Virus record (IMG/VR): IMGVR_UViG_3300046534_001341
Location: 12,846 to 76,845 of that record
Reading direction: 5' to 3' (one strand)
Source of the DNA: a virus
DNA length: 64,000 nucleotides
Of the stretch, positions 42,054-53,172 are shown piece by piece. Positions within the stretch are counted from its first letter, which is position 1. Every line of letters begins with the position of its first letter. A program made the translations under genes and the position numbers. The notes under the pieces are model-generated. The model had not been told where the DNA came from, did not search any database, and was given only the letters and a program-made list of their open reading frames with translations.

Positions 42054-43103
42054 ATGCAGCAGATTACAGCAGTACAAGCACCAGAGTTATTGATGGATGT
42101 AATGAAGGCCGGATTGGTTCCGATGATAGTATCATCCCCCGGCATTGGTAAGTCGTCAATCGCCAAGCAAATTGCAGAAGACCGTAACCTGAAGGTTATT
42201 GATTTACGTTTATCTCAGTGTGATCCAAGTGATCTACTTGGTTTTCCCTCAATCAATAAAGACAAAACCAAAGCTGGTTATGTACCAATGGATACTTTCC
42301 CTATTAAGGGTGATCCAATACCATCACGTACGGTTAATGGTGTAGTCAAACCTTACGCAGGCTGGTTACTTTTCTTAGATGAAATGAACTCAGCAGCAAA
42401 GTCAGTACAAGCAGCGGCTTACAAAATAGTCTTGGATCGACAAGTTGGCCTACATGATCTGCATAAAAGCGTAGCTGTAATGGCAGCCGGTAACCTATCT
42501 ACGGATAAGGCGATCGTGACTAAACTTGGTACGGCCATGCAATCACGTATGGTTCACTTTCACCTACGTGAAGACTTCAAGTCTTGGATGGCATGGGCGG
42601 CGACTTCAGGTATTGATTACCGCATCACTTCTTTCTTGAACTTCAAGCCAGAAGCGTTATTCAATTTCTCACCTGACCACAATGACTGCACTTTCGCATG
42701 TCCTCGTACATGGGAATTTGTGTCTAAGATCGTGATTAATTGGAAAGAGATTGGTTCTGATAAATCACCTTTAATCGGGGGCACAATCGGTGAAGGTATG
42801 GGTCGTGAATTCCTAGCCTTCTGTCAGGTGTTTGGGGAACTCCCAACAATCAGTGAGATAGTTAACAACCCTATGGGTACTAAGCTGTCTGACGAGCCTA
42901 CAGTACGTTATGCCTTAACAGGTATGATTGGGTCACACATCACCCCAAATAACTCAGATGCGTTAATGAAATTTGTTGATCGTATGCCTGTGGAATTTCA
43001 AATCATCACGCTTCAATCAGCACTATTACGTGACCCTAGCCTATTGTCTCAAGGCTCTGCATTCGATGCTTGGGTTACCAAACACGCTTCACGTTTAATG
43101 TAA
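42054..43103 (+). CDS. AAA+ ATPase (N4 gp24 family, MoxR-like)
   Basis: SSPGIGKS Walker A, LLFLDEMN Walker B, AAGN, CPRTWE. Confidence 0.9.
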   Translation: MQQITAVQAPELLMDVMKAGLVPMIVSSPGIGKSSIAKQIAEDRNLKVIDLRLSQCDPSDLLGFPSINKDKTKAGYVPMDTFPIKGDPIPSRTVNGVVKPYAGWLLFLDEMNSAAKSVQAAAYKIVLDRQVGLHDLHKSVAVMAAGNLSTDKAIVTKLGTAMQSRMVHFHLREDFKSWMAWAATSGIDYRITSFLNFKPEALFNFSPDHNDCTFACPRTWEFVSKIVINWKEIGSDKSPLIGGTIGEGMGREFLAFCQVFGELPTISEIVNNPMGTKLSDEPTVRYALTGMIGSHITPNNSDALMKFVDRMPVEFQIITLQSALLRDPSLLSQGSAFDAWVTKHASRLM

Positions 43104-43107
43104 GGTA

Positions 43108-43764
43108 ATGAATATGACGACTCTCGCTGGATTCTTAAAAGAAGTAGAGAACCATAAATTAACAGTGGTTCGGGATGACGGTTTGAATCGTCATATTCGT
43201 TTAGCAGAACCAGGCACAGGTAACTGTCAATTTGATTTAATTACTTGGCCTGGTCATCTGTGTGTCACTGGGGATTGTGGAACTTATGTATTCCAAAGGA
43301 CCAATGACATGTTTGAGTTCTTCCGCCAGAACCAGAAAGGCGAGAAGGAACTGCGCATCAATAGTGGATACTGGTCTGAGAAACTACTCAGCACATGTAA
43401 TCACGGTGGTGTTAAAAAATTCTGTACAGATTTATTCAAGAAACAGTTGGATGACTACATAGAAAACCACTGGGAATTTGAAGATGACGACGACGAAGAG
43501 CTTAAGGCTGTCGAAGTTAAAGCAAAAGTTTTAGCAGAAGTAAATGAAGAAATTGTCACCATACTTGATATGGGTAAAGACATGGCCTTGAACGCAGCCA
43601 TGACTTTCAAGTCCGAATATGGGCACACTTTTGAAGATTTCTGGGATTACGAATTCGACAAGTATACCCACCACTTTTTGTGGAACCTATACTCCATTGC
43701 ATGGGGTATTCAACAATATGACCTCAGCAAGGAATCAGAATGTCCTACTCCAAGCAAGACTTAG
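43108..43764 (+). CDS. Conserved phage hypothetical protein
   Basis: 218 aa, FDLITWPGHLCVTGDCGTYVF, YWSEKL. Confidence 0.75.
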   Translation: MNMTTLAGFLKEVENHKLTVVRDDGLNRHIRLAEPGTGNCQFDLITWPGHLCVTGDCGTYVFQRTNDMFEFFRQNQKGEKELRINSGYWSEKLLSTCNHGGVKKFCTDLFKKQLDDYIENHWEFEDDDDEELKAVEVKAKVLAEVNEEIVTILDMGKDMALNAAMTFKSEYGHTFEDFWDYEFDKYTHHFLWNLYSIAWGIQQYDLSKESECPTPSKT

Positions 43765-44909
43765 AAACAGCTTTTGATAAAGCAAAAATTGGTTTGATGA
43801 CTAAGCACAACAGCATATTCATCACGACCATCCTATTCTCCCTGAAGCATACGTGGGACGAATCCTGCAAGACTGCTGGGACGAATGGGGTCGATTTGGT
43901 AATAGCGCCCACATGGTTCATGAGTATGACTGCAGGAGCCCGTATGGGCCTACTAGCGCATGAAGCATGGCACGTTGCTTTCAACCACATGACCCGTGGT
44001 GACAGCTACGAGCATAAGGAATACAACATTGCTGCTGATCATGTAATTAATGTGATGCTGAAGGATGCTAGTTACGAGCTCCCTGAGGGGGGTTACGGAG
44101 ACTTTAAATACCGTGGTTGGAGTACCGATGAAGTGTATAAAGATCTGCAATCTAACCCAAAGCCGCCGCCACCTAAAGGTGGTGAAGGTTCAGGGGGCTG
44201 CGGTCAGGACATTAAGTACCCAAGTGATGAAAAAGACAAAGATGGTAAGGGTAATACCCAAAAACAAAAAGACAACCTTCAGCGCAAGATAGAAGACACC
44301 CTGATCAAAGCCACCACCCAGTCGAAAATCATGGGTGACGCTGCTGGTACGATCCCAGGAGACATCTCCCGAATGCTGGATGAACTTCTTAATCCAAAAT
44401 TGGATTGGAAGACTTTGTTGAGCAATTATATGAATGCCTTCGCTAAAGAAGACTATTCGTATCAGCGCCCCAACAAACGATTTATGCCTGATTTCTTTTT
44501 ACCTGGTATGCACAGTGAAAGTCTCGGTGAGATTTGTTTTGCATGTGACGCCAGTGGTTCTGTATCGCAGGCAGATTTTACTGCGTACTTGAATGAAATT
44601 AATTACGTGAAGGAAGAGTTGAATCCCGTCCTCACTACCATTATCGATTTCGATACTCGCATTAATAATGTTCACTCTCTCGGACAAGATGATTCGATTG
44701 AAGGTATTAAATTTACAGGTGGTGGCGGTACAAACCTCACTCCAGTATTTGATTACTACAGTGACCGCAAGCCTGTTGTGCTAGTGGTCTTTTCGGATTT
44801 GTACTGTTCAATGATTAAGAATGATCCAGGCTACCCAGTTTTATGGGTGTGCGTGAACAACCCACGGGGCCAAGTAAATTTCGGCACCATAATTCATATT
44901 GACCTTTAG
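43740..44909 (+). CDS. Metallopeptidase-like + vWA domain protein (N4 gp25 family)
   Basis: HEAWH (HExxH), DASGSVS MIDAS, GGGGTN, FSDLY. Confidence 0.88.
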   Translation: MSYSKQDLETAFDKAKIGLMTKHNSIFITTILFSLKHTWDESCKTAGTNGVDLVIAPTWFMSMTAGARMGLLAHEAWHVAFNHMTRGDSYEHKEYNIAADHVINVMLKDASYELPEGGYGDFKYRGWSTDEVYKDLQSNPKPPPPKGGEGSGGCGQDIKYPSDEKDKDGKGNTQKQKDNLQRKIEDTLIKATTQSKIMGDAAGTIPGDISRMLDELLNPKLDWKTLLSNYMNAFAKEDYSYQRPNKRFMPDFFLPGMHSESLGEICFACDASGSVSQADFTAYLNEINYVKEELNPVLTTIIDFDTRINNVHSLGQDDSIEGIKFTGGGGTNLTPVFDYYSDRKPVVLVVFSDLYCSMIKNDPGYPVLWVCVNNPRGQVNFGTIIHIDL

Positions 44910-44920
44910 AAAGGAAAACC

Positions 44921-45904
44921 ATGTCTACAGTATTCGTAGAATCCGTACAGGCAAGTATCTGTGCAGTGACAGGTAAGCGTATCGACACATTAGTTTGTGA
45001 GTATCCGCGTGCCATTCACGCCCAGTTACTTACTCACGGTGTGTTTAGTAAAAACAGTTCATCATCTCGTGCTGTACCAATTGCTTCGGCAATTGCTCAG
45101 ATACGAAAAAGCCCAGCTAAGCCGATATTTACGGCTAAGCAAACAGGTATGCAAGGCGAGCGCATTACAGATACTGGGCGTTTAACTAGTATCAATATAG
45201 CGCACAATTTATGTATGGAATTCGCAATAACCACAGCAAATTGGATGGATGCCAATGGCGTCCATAAACAAAATGCTGCCCGTTACCTTGAAACATTCCA
45301 AAATATTCGCATCGTGTTGACTTCAACAGAATGGGAAAACTGGGATTGGTTACGTATCGATGCCGCTGCTCAACCTGAAATTCAGGAATTGGCTATTGCC
45401 ATGAAAGCTGCACGCGATGCTGCTGAACCAATGAAGTTGGATGCTGGTGAATACCACGTTCCTTTCGTTGAGCGTAATCGTAATGTTGCTGGCAAGCTGG
45501 AGTACTTCACCAAAGAAGAAGTAAAAGTAGGGGGTGCTGTATTAGCGGATATCTTCAACCAAGTCGATCTGAAGACTGCCATTGATATTTCGATGTCATG
45601 CTGTGCACAGGTTTCTTACCGTAAGCTTGATAACTCAGCAGAAAAAGCTGAGGACATTATCCCCAAATTATTTGGTGGTAAGAAAATTCATGCAAGCCCT
45701 GCGGAACACCAAGCAACCCCAATCGATGCCAAGTTCCACGGTAAAGCACCAAAATTACCCTTACAGGTAATCATGGCCAGCCTTCCGGCTGGTGTAAATG
45801 CAATAGGTATTGATCTGCAATTCCGTTCGGGTAACTTCACGAACTGGATACAGCAGCGTCAAATTATCGAAGGTCATGACGCGGCGTTAATGCCGAAGGT
45901 TTAA
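44921..45904 (+). CDS. thyX: FAD-dependent thymidylate synthase
   Basis: YPRAIHAQLLTHGVFSKNSSSSRAVP, HKQNAARYLE, AQPEI, HASPAEHQA. Confidence 0.85.
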   Translation: MSTVFVESVQASICAVTGKRIDTLVCEYPRAIHAQLLTHGVFSKNSSSSRAVPIASAIAQIRKSPAKPIFTAKQTGMQGERITDTGRLTSINIAHNLCMEFAITTANWMDANGVHKQNAARYLETFQNIRIVLTSTEWENWDWLRIDAAAQPEIQELAIAMKAARDAAEPMKLDAGEYHVPFVERNRNVAGKLEYFTKEEVKVGGAVLADIFNQVDLKTAIDISMSCCAQVSYRKLDNSAEKAEDIIPKLFGGKKIHASPAEHQATPIDAKFHGKAPKLPLQVIMASLPAGVNAIGIDLQFRSGNFTNWIQQRQIIEGHDAALMPKV

Positions 45905-46124
45905 ACCATGTTGAATGGCATCGTTGTAATGCACGGCGGCGTCATTGAACGCTGTGGTGTAAGTAGAGGTTACGGACCGGTGGAAGTATGGAAGGATTCA
46001 ATACATCAACTCACTGTAGAGGATGTACCTGACGACCCAACGGAACGTACCATTTGGTTAACAGAGTTTGCTCAAAAAATGTTTGAACTTGGGCAGGCAC
46101 ACAAAGGTCGTGAGACCAAAGTGA

Positions 46125-46715
46125 GTGAATATGATTGAAGGTTACAAACAAATGGTAACTGATTTGGCTAAACCAGGTCAGGCCATTGTTGATTCAATGT
46201 CAGCAGAACGAGCACATTGCTTACACATGGCCGTAGGTCTTGTAGGTGAAGTAGCAGGTGAGCTACCAGTAAGTACTTCTATGGAAAACCTGATTGAAGA
46301 ATTAGGTGATGTGGAGTTTTACTTTGAAGGTTTGATGCAGGCATATACTATCCCTGCTTTGTTAGATGTGCCTGAAGGCATTAACCCAGATCTTAGTAAA
46401 TTACCCTCTATACTAGCCTTAGTTGTTATTGCTGGTGATATCATGGATGTGGTTAAAAAGCACGTCATCTATGGTAAGGAAGTGGACATGTTGAAGTTGG
46501 TAAATAACATGTCAGCTTTCCGTCAAATCCTCAACGCTATTGAGGGCGGTATGGGTGAGGACATCTCTCAGGGGATTATACTTGAAGCCAACATGCAGAA
46601 GTTACTGAAAGGTGAAACTGCACGCTACAAATCTGGTTCGTACTCCGATGATCAGGCAACTGATCGCGCGGACAAAGCCAGTAATGTAGTAAACATAAAC
46701 AAAAACAAAGACTAA
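46125..46715 (+). CDS. MazG-like NTP pyrophosphohydrolase
   Basis: LHMAVGLVGEVAGE, EELGDVEFY, ANMQKL...RY..GSYSD. Confidence 0.8.
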   Translation: MNMIEGYKQMVTDLAKPGQAIVDSMSAERAHCLHMAVGLVGEVAGELPVSTSMENLIEELGDVEFYFEGLMQAYTIPALLDVPEGINPDLSKLPSILALVVIAGDIMDVVKKHVIYGKEVDMLKLVNNMSAFRQILNAIEGGMGEDISQGIILEANMQKLLKGETARYKSGSYSDDQATDRADKASNVVNINKNKD

Positions 46716-46876
46716 ATGTTTTTGTTTTTACTGACGCTGGTGTTCATGAGATTAGTCCCCTCAGAACACCAGCAAGAGCTAGAACCTAAAGGTTCCAATT
46801 GGCAGTTAACTCTGCACAGACAAAAGTCACCGCACGTTTTTAGAACGTGTATTGGGACTATAGCCTGAAATATACT

Positions 46877-46918
46877 AAAAAAGCCGTACTCCTTCTCTCG
46901 TTGGATGCGGCTTTTTTT
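46877..46918 (+). terminator. Rho-independent terminator
   Basis: AAAAGCCGTA...TGCGGC then T run. Confidence 0.7.
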
Positions 46919-47151
46919 ATTTGATTAATTCTGAGGTCAATTTATGCAAAACAAATTTACATCACAATTGATTAAGTTCACAGAAGAAGCAATACCTAAA
47001 TTGGAAATACGTGCGCTAATACTTACAGGCGATGCTGGTAAGGTGGAGCAGAAAAAATTAACCCGAGCAAGAGTACAGTTGCATAACCTACAGTGGTATG
47101 GCACCTGCCACGCCCCGCAAACACCCTCACAAAAATTAAGGAAGAATTTCA

Positions 47152-47814
47152 GTGGCTGAACCATTATTTTATTTACGTAGTCGTCACGGCGACACAGGCA
47201 ACAACGTCATGTTCCATGCAAAGATGGGGAGTGGTTACACCACTAATTTGGATGACCTACACCTGTTCACAATTGCTGAGGCACAAAAACAATTAGGTTA
47301 TAGCATCCGTTCTCTACCCTTACTAGCAGACGAAGTAGATAAGTTATCTATTAAAGCTGTGGACATGCAGAACCTAGACCATGAAAAGAATAACGAACAC
47401 AAAAAGAATTCACCTGATGTATTTAATATACAGTTAGGTGGGCATTACAATGGTAACGACATCGCATTCATAACCGGCAGTGGTGTGACTTATGACTACA
47501 GTAAGGCAGAGACCTTTACAGTAGATGCAGCTCAGAAATATTTACTGGCTCACCAAGGGGATAGCCTTTTCATCTGGAACCAAGCCTATTTAGATAGCAT
47601 CGCCCGTCGTACTTTTCAATCCCACAACATAAACACCCGCAGCATGACCACCAAACCAGGTATCGTGTATAAAAAACCACGCAAAAAACGCCCCACCACT
47701 GGCAAGACAAGAATTAACTGTCCTGACTGTGGACGCATTCATTGGCAGTACAACCCTTACGATTTTGAGGGCTGTGCCCATATAAGTTGTAAGGGTTGGC
47801 GTTCAAGCTATTAA
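47152..47814 (+). CDS. Hypothetical protein with internal duplication and C-terminal zinc finger
   Basis: GNN...GYTTNL and GND...TYDYSKA units; CPDCG...C. Confidence 0.7.
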   Translation: MAEPLFYLRSRHGDTGNNVMFHAKMGSGYTTNLDDLHLFTIAEAQKQLGYSIRSLPLLADEVDKLSIKAVDMQNLDHEKNNEHKKNSPDVFNIQLGGHYNGNDIAFITGSGVTYDYSKAETFTVDAAQKYLLAHQGDSLFIWNQAYLDSIARRTFQSHNINTRSMTTKPGIVYKKPRKKRPTTGKTRINCPDCGRIHWQYNPYDFEGCAHISCKGWRSSY

Positions 47815-47826
47815 TAAGGAAAAAAC

Positions 47827-49086
47827 GTGACACAAATAACACTATCATCAGAGCAACAAGTAGCCTTGAACATGGCTATGGAGTTCCTCCTAGACTCAGA
47901 ATCTACTGAGATGGTTATTGATGGCTTCCCCGGAGTTGGTAAAACAACTTTGGTCGAGCACATCCTAATGGCAGCGAGAGCACGAGCAAAAATGCTCAAG
48001 CTTTTAACTAACCGTGGTCACCAATTAAACGTGTACCTTACTGCCACTACCAATAAGGCAGCTAACGTACTTGGTGCTATGACTAAAGAAGATGGTATGA
48101 GTATTCATTCTCTTCTTGGTTTACGTCCGGTACCTGATCACCGCACAGGCAAAATGAACCTAAAGCAATCACCCAACCCAAGAGCTATTGACGATGCTCT
48201 CATCATTATTGATGAGGCCTCCATGGAAAACATGGAGCTATTAGAAGTTGTTCGTGGTCGTACGCAACGCTGTAAAGTAATTCATGTAATGGATTCGTAC
48301 CAGTTGGCTCCGATCGGGGAAAGTCATTGCCCAGTTTCAACCGAAGTAAAAAAACAAGCCAAGCTTAAAATCCCTCAGCGTTACGGCGGTGAGATTGCTA
48401 AGTTAGGCACTCAGTTCCGCCATGCAATTGATACGGGTGAATTTACTCCGATCATCCCAAATGGTGCTGAAATTATCAAAGCTGATGGACCTACATTTCA
48501 GAGTATGGTGGATACTGCATTTAATGGTAAGCAGGGTGTGGACCATGCTCGTATCATTTGCTGGACTAACGACAAGGTTAGGCAGTACAACGATTACACT
48601 CGTAATCTAGTAACGCAGTCAGAATTCTTTGAACCAGGTGAGATGGTTATCACCAACAAACCTATAATGTCCAAGAAGCAAACAGCTTACTCTACTGACT
48701 CAATTGTTCAGGTTTCAGATGTGGATTCATACGTAGGTGAAGAGTATGGTGTGAAGGGTATCTGGTACACGTTGTCTGGAAATACTGAAGTATTCCAAGC
48801 TCTGAACCAATACGATGTTAAGCAGCGTTTAGATGCCACAGTCAAGTCGAAAGATTGGGCTACTCACTACATGCTCAAAGATTTCTTCGGTGACCTCCGG
48901 CCAGTAAATTCGTGTACATCCCACAAGAGCCAAGGCAGTACTTACGACATCGCGTTCGTAGATCTTGACGATATAGGGGGGTGCCGTAAACCAATTGATG
49001 TTGCTCGTATGCTAAATGTGGCATCGACTCGTGCATCTCAGCAAGTCGTCTATTATGGGAACTTACCAGCCAAATATGGAGGCTAG
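47827..49086 (+). CDS. SF1 (Dda/RecD-like) DNA helicase (N4 gp37 family)
   Basis: GFPGVGKT, IIDEAS, QLAPI, TSHKSQGST, VASTRA. Confidence 0.92.
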   Translation: MTQITLSSEQQVALNMAMEFLLDSESTEMVIDGFPGVGKTTLVEHILMAARARAKMLKLLTNRGHQLNVYLTATTNKAANVLGAMTKEDGMSIHSLLGLRPVPDHRTGKMNLKQSPNPRAIDDALIIIDEASMENMELLEVVRGRTQRCKVIHVMDSYQLAPIGESHCPVSTEVKKQAKLKIPQRYGGEIAKLGTQFRHAIDTGEFTPIIPNGAEIIKADGPTFQSMVDTAFNGKQGVDHARIICWTNDKVRQYNDYTRNLVTQSEFFEPGEMVITNKPIMSKKQTAYSTDSIVQVSDVDSYVGEEYGVKGIWYTLSGNTEVFQALNQYDVKQRLDATVKSKDWATHYMLKDFFGDLRPVNSCTSHKSQGSTYDIAFVDLDDIGGCRKPIDVARMLNVASTRASQQVVYYGNLPAKYGG

Positions 49087-49087
49087 T

Positions 49088-49603
49088 GTGACTGAATTTA
49101 AACCCCAGTTTAGGGCACAACTTCTTAGTATTCTCATGCAGGCTTTATTCGTAAAGCAGCATGAAGAAATTAAGAAGGAAATCAACGCAATTATTTTGGA
49201 TAATAGTTACAACTCTTCTCCAAGAGCCTTTGCTTTTCGTTATAAAAACAAAGCTTATATCGATGAGGGGCTGCCTAATTACACCCCAAAGATTGAACTG
49301 CACGTAGACCATCGAGCCACCATGGATAATATCCTAGTGCGGCAACAGCACATCGAGATGGAGTACATTCGTATAGATGCGTACATCACTCGTTGCATGA
49401 ATTTATGTAAAACAGTTTCAGATCTGTACGTAACGATACCTGAGCAGTTACATAAGTTTTTCCCATCTACTATCACCACCCACAAAAGTAGAGGTAACAG
49501 CCCACTGATTTTAAGTGAAGCTGAGGCCACTCGTTTTGCGCGGGAAAATGAAGTAGCTCATGCAAGTTTGATGCGACGCCTATTAACATTAATTATTATT
49601 TAG
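49088..49603 (+). CDS. N4 gp38-like protein
   Basis: GGAGG RBS plus GTG start; synteny between helicase and polymerase. Confidence 0.55.
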   Translation: MTEFKPQFRAQLLSILMQALFVKQHEEIKKEINAIILDNSYNSSPRAFAFRYKNKAYIDEGLPNYTPKIELHVDHRATMDNILVRQQHIEMEYIRIDAYITRCMNLCKTVSDLYVTIPEQLHKFFPSTITTHKSRGNSPLILSEAEATRFARENEVAHASLMRRLLTLIII

Positions 49604-49827
49604 TGGGGTAAGTATGTCAGAAGTAGAACTGTTAAAAGAAGTAGAAGATGCCCACTTACGCATCGAAGGCTTGAAAGAAAGAATTATGAACCTAGAGCAT
49701 TACATAGGTTTACGTTCTCATTCATTTGATGGCTACCGCCGTCAGTACGATTTCCATCAGATAAAGAAGGATATGGTATATCGTAACCGTCCCCAGTCTT
49801 TATTTGAAAAAAGAAAGGCTAAACAAG

Positions 49828-52461
49828 ATGAAGCACGTCCTTTTCAAAGAGGCGGATAGTTACCCAATAGCAATATTGGTTAAGGATTCCGCTCTACAAA
49901 AACCCAAGCTTGAGAATCATTACGTCAAGCCTTTGATGGCAATGGGTATTCCTGAACAGGACATGATTGCTTTCAGTCTGGATTATGCAGGCAAGAAAAA
50001 ACCTACCGTAGCTATCTGCAGAAAGTACTTACAGACGCTTATGCCTGCGCTAGAAAGCTTACAAACGAAGTTGCTATACGTTGCTGACGCTAATTACTTT
50101 AAATTGCTCACAGGGCTTAAGAAAGCGGATGCGTATTATGGCTACAAGAAGCCGTGTGTCATTGAAGGTTATGAACACATGGAAATAGTACTAGGTACCA
50201 ATTTTGGTATGTTGTTTTTCAAACCTGAAATGCAGCAGAAGCTGGATATGTCCCTGAATGTGGTGAGTACTGTCTATGACGGTACCTACCAAGAACTGGG
50301 GGTGGATATAATCCACTCTGAGTACTACCCAGACAATGTTTGGGACATCAAGGGGTCATTGGCCTTACTTCACCAGTTCCCTGAGCTGACGGTGGATATA
50401 GAGGCCTTCAGCCTTGAGTTCCACAAGGCAGGTATCGGCAGTATTTCATTCGCCCACGATGAACATAACGGGATTGCATTCTGCTGTGATTATGAAGGCG
50501 AGGGTTACGATGCCCAAGGTGAACCATACGTAAAAGGTGATGGTTCATACGGTAAGCAGATAGATAACATTGAGGTGAAGAAACTCCTGCGTGAATTCTT
50601 TGAAGAATACGAAGGCAAGTTGACTTACCAAAATGGTAACTACGACATCAAAGTTTTGATCTATGAATTGTTCATGGATAATTTATTGGATCAGGAAGGC
50701 CTACTTGAAGGCCTGGAAGTAATGACCAAGAGTATCGACGACACAAAGTTGATTACATACTTGGCCACAAACTCAACCTCTGGAAATAGTCTCGGCCTCA
50801 AGGGCAATGCTCACGAGTACGCAGGTAACTACGCCGAGGAAGAGATCAAGGATATTCGCCGAATACCTGAGAAGAACCTACTCCGGTATAACCTAGTGGA
50901 TTGCTTATCTACTTGGTTTGTGAAAAAGAAAAATTGGCCGATCATGGTAGCTGATAACCAGTTGGAAATTTACAACACTATCAAAATACCGAGCGTGAAA
51001 GTAATACTACAGGTTGAGTTGACTGGTATGTGCTTAAACATGGACAACGTGATTACAGCCAGTGCTGAATTAAACAAGATCAAAGACACACACTTGGATG
51101 CTATTACTAATTCTACTGTGGCTCAAAAATTCCTGAAGCTAATTCGACAGGAGGAGTTCATTAAACAGAACCTCCTGTGGAAAAAGAAGACGGCACCACT
51201 TGAGTATTTTGACTATGTTGAATTCAATCCAAACTCAGACCCACAAGTAAGGCATTTGCTTTATGACTGGTTAAAGTTTGAACCAATTGATTTCACTAAA
51301 GGTAAGCGGCCAGCTACTGGAGCCAAGACTCTTGAGAAATTGATACATACAGCTAAGTGCCCGGAAGATGTAGAACTATTAGAGGCCTTGATTGGGCTCG
51401 GTGAGGTCTCCATAATCTTAAACACTTTCATAGCTGCTATGCTCGATAAGAGTGTTATGAAAGACGATGGTCACTATTACCTCCACGGTAGTTTTAATAT
51501 CGGTGGAACAGTGAGTGGTCGGTTATCAAGCTCTAACCCTAACCTTCAAAATATTCCTAGTAGTTCAAAGTATGCGAAGCTAATCAAAGATTGCTTCTGT
51601 GCTCCACCAGGCTGGTTGATGGTAGGTGCGGATTTTAATTCTCTTGAGGATTATGTATCAGCCCTTACCACCAAAGATCCGAACAAGCTGAAAGTTTATA
51701 CTGACGGTTACGACGGTCACGCATTACGTGCTTACAAGTACTGGCCTGAAAAGTTCCCTGACATTGTTGATACCGTTGAAAGTATTAACTCGATTAAGAA
51801 ATTGTATGGCGCCATTCGCGGTGACAGCAAACCAATCACATTCATGCTCACGTATGGTGGTACCTACCACGGCTTAATTCAGAACCTTGGTTTTGAAAAG
51901 CAGTATGCGATTGATGTTGAAAGCGCCTATCACGTTATGTATGCAGTTTCTGACCAGTGGGTTGCTGATAAGTTGAAACAGGCCACGATAGACGGTTACG
52001 TCACTGCGGCCTTCGGCCTTCGTGTCCGTACGCCTATCTTAGCCCAGACGATTTTAGGTAATAAAGCCACACCGTATGAAGCAAGTGCGGAAGGTAGAAC
52101 TGCTGGTAATGCTTTGGGTCAGTCCTACTGCATGCTCAATAACCGTGCCGGTATCGAATTCCAGCAACGAAGCCTCGCTTCTGATTATGCAAAGGATATT
52201 AGACCCAGCGCCCACATCCATGATGCCCAGTATTTTCTCATAAGGGATAATCTAGGTTGCGTGAAGTGGGTAAACGACAATTTAGTTGAGTGTATGCAGT
52301 GGCAGGAACTCCCAGAGCTGAAGCATGACACCGTGAAATTAGGTGGGGAATTAGACGTGTTCTACCCCACTTGGCGCCATGACATAACCATCCCGAATAC
52401 CCAGTCAATTGCCCAGATAAAAACTATCTGCGACAAGGAGATGAAGAAGCGTAATGCGTAA
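49828..52461 (+). CDS. Family A DNA polymerase (N4 gp39 family)
   Basis: VDIEAF (ExoI), GRLSSSNPNLQN, GADFNSLE, KPITFMLTYG, HIHDAQY; no intein/intron seen. Confidence 0.95.
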   Translation: MKHVLFKEADSYPIAILVKDSALQKPKLENHYVKPLMAMGIPEQDMIAFSLDYAGKKKPTVAICRKYLQTLMPALESLQTKLLYVADANYFKLLTGLKKADAYYGYKKPCVIEGYEHMEIVLGTNFGMLFFKPEMQQKLDMSLNVVSTVYDGTYQELGVDIIHSEYYPDNVWDIKGSLALLHQFPELTVDIEAFSLEFHKAGIGSISFAHDEHNGIAFCCDYEGEGYDAQGEPYVKGDGSYGKQIDNIEVKKLLREFFEEYEGKLTYQNGNYDIKVLIYELFMDNLLDQEGLLEGLEVMTKSIDDTKLITYLATNSTSGNSLGLKGNAHEYAGNYAEEEIKDIRRIPEKNLLRYNLVDCLSTWFVKKKNWPIMVADNQLEIYNTIKIPSVKVILQVELTGMCLNMDNVITASAELNKIKDTHLDAITNSTVAQKFLKLIRQEEFIKQNLLWKKKTAPLEYFDYVEFNPNSDPQVRHLLYDWLKFEPIDFTKGKRPATGAKTLEKLIHTAKCPEDVELLEALIGLGEVSIILNTFIAAMLDKSVMKDDGHYYLHGSFNIGGTVSGRLSSSNPNLQNIPSSSKYAKLIKDCFCAPPGWLMVGADFNSLEDYVSALTTKDPNKLKVYTDGYDGHALRAYKYWPEKFPDIVDTVESINSIKKLYGAIRGDSKPITFMLTYGGTYHGLIQNLGFEKQYAIDVESAYHVMYAVSDQWVADKLKQATIDGYVTAAFGLRVRTPILAQTILGNKATPYEASAEGRTAGNALGQSYCMLNNRAGIEFQQRSLASDYAKDIRPSAHIHDAQYFLIRDNLGCVKWVNDNLVECMQWQELPELKHDTVKLGGELDVFYPTWRHDITIPNTQSIAQIKTICDKEMKKRNA

Positions 52462-52893
52462 AGTAACGGTGAGTTTCGTACGTAGTGATTCTGGTTTGTG
52501 TCGGGATTACTACAAAAATAAGTTGGGGCTCTACTGCCTACAAAAAGACGTGAGCCCCAGTGACCTTTGGTACCTCTGCAGTAAAGACGGGGAACCACAA
52601 ACCCCTCTGTACTACACTCAGTTTTTTACTGAGGACGGTACTCAGATCACGGAGAGGAAAGATGACACCACTTAGTTTTAAACCACCAACCCCCCTTGAA
52701 CCACCTTATCTGGTTTTGGAGGGGGGTAGGAAGCAGCCTCTATATGGGGATGTAACTTTCCGTGCGGCGGTGCTTAGAGAGGGGCTTACCTACTCTTCTC
52801 GTATGGAGGATGAGTTCGGCAGCCCTGACCCTATTATTCCGTACCTTGTTTTGAAGACAGGTACAACACTAAACTTATTGTGGGACCCATACC

Positions 52894-53172
52894 ATGGAAG
52901 CAGTTAAGTATTCTGAGTTGAACCAATTTGCTAAACGGGTAACTCGTGATTCGTATGTACGCCATCAAGAAGGTCGGTGCTGTCACTGCCAAGTGCTGCT
53001 GACATTACCACCACCCGCTAATATTTTAAAACTCAAGCTGAACATGCGTCTATTCCCTCCGGGGTTTCTTCGCTGGCCAGTCCACTTACATCATTGCCAT
53101 AAGACTGATCTAACGATCGGCGCAGTCCATGCTTATTGCAATGGAGTGCTGTGGCAGTATCACGGAGAATAG
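52894..53172 (+). CDS. Endonuclease VII/HNH-like protein (N4 gp22-like)
   Basis: QEGRCCHC...VHLHHCHKT...GAVHAYCN. Confidence 0.7.
   Translation: MEAVKYSELNQFAKRVTRDSYVRHQEGRCCHCQVLLTLPPPANILKLKLNMRLFPPGFLRWPVHLHHCHKTDLTIGAVHAYCNGVLWQYHGE

Noticed and set aside
49828-52461. Intein or intron in DNA polymerase
   Set aside because: Continuous ORF of normal length with no splicing motifs
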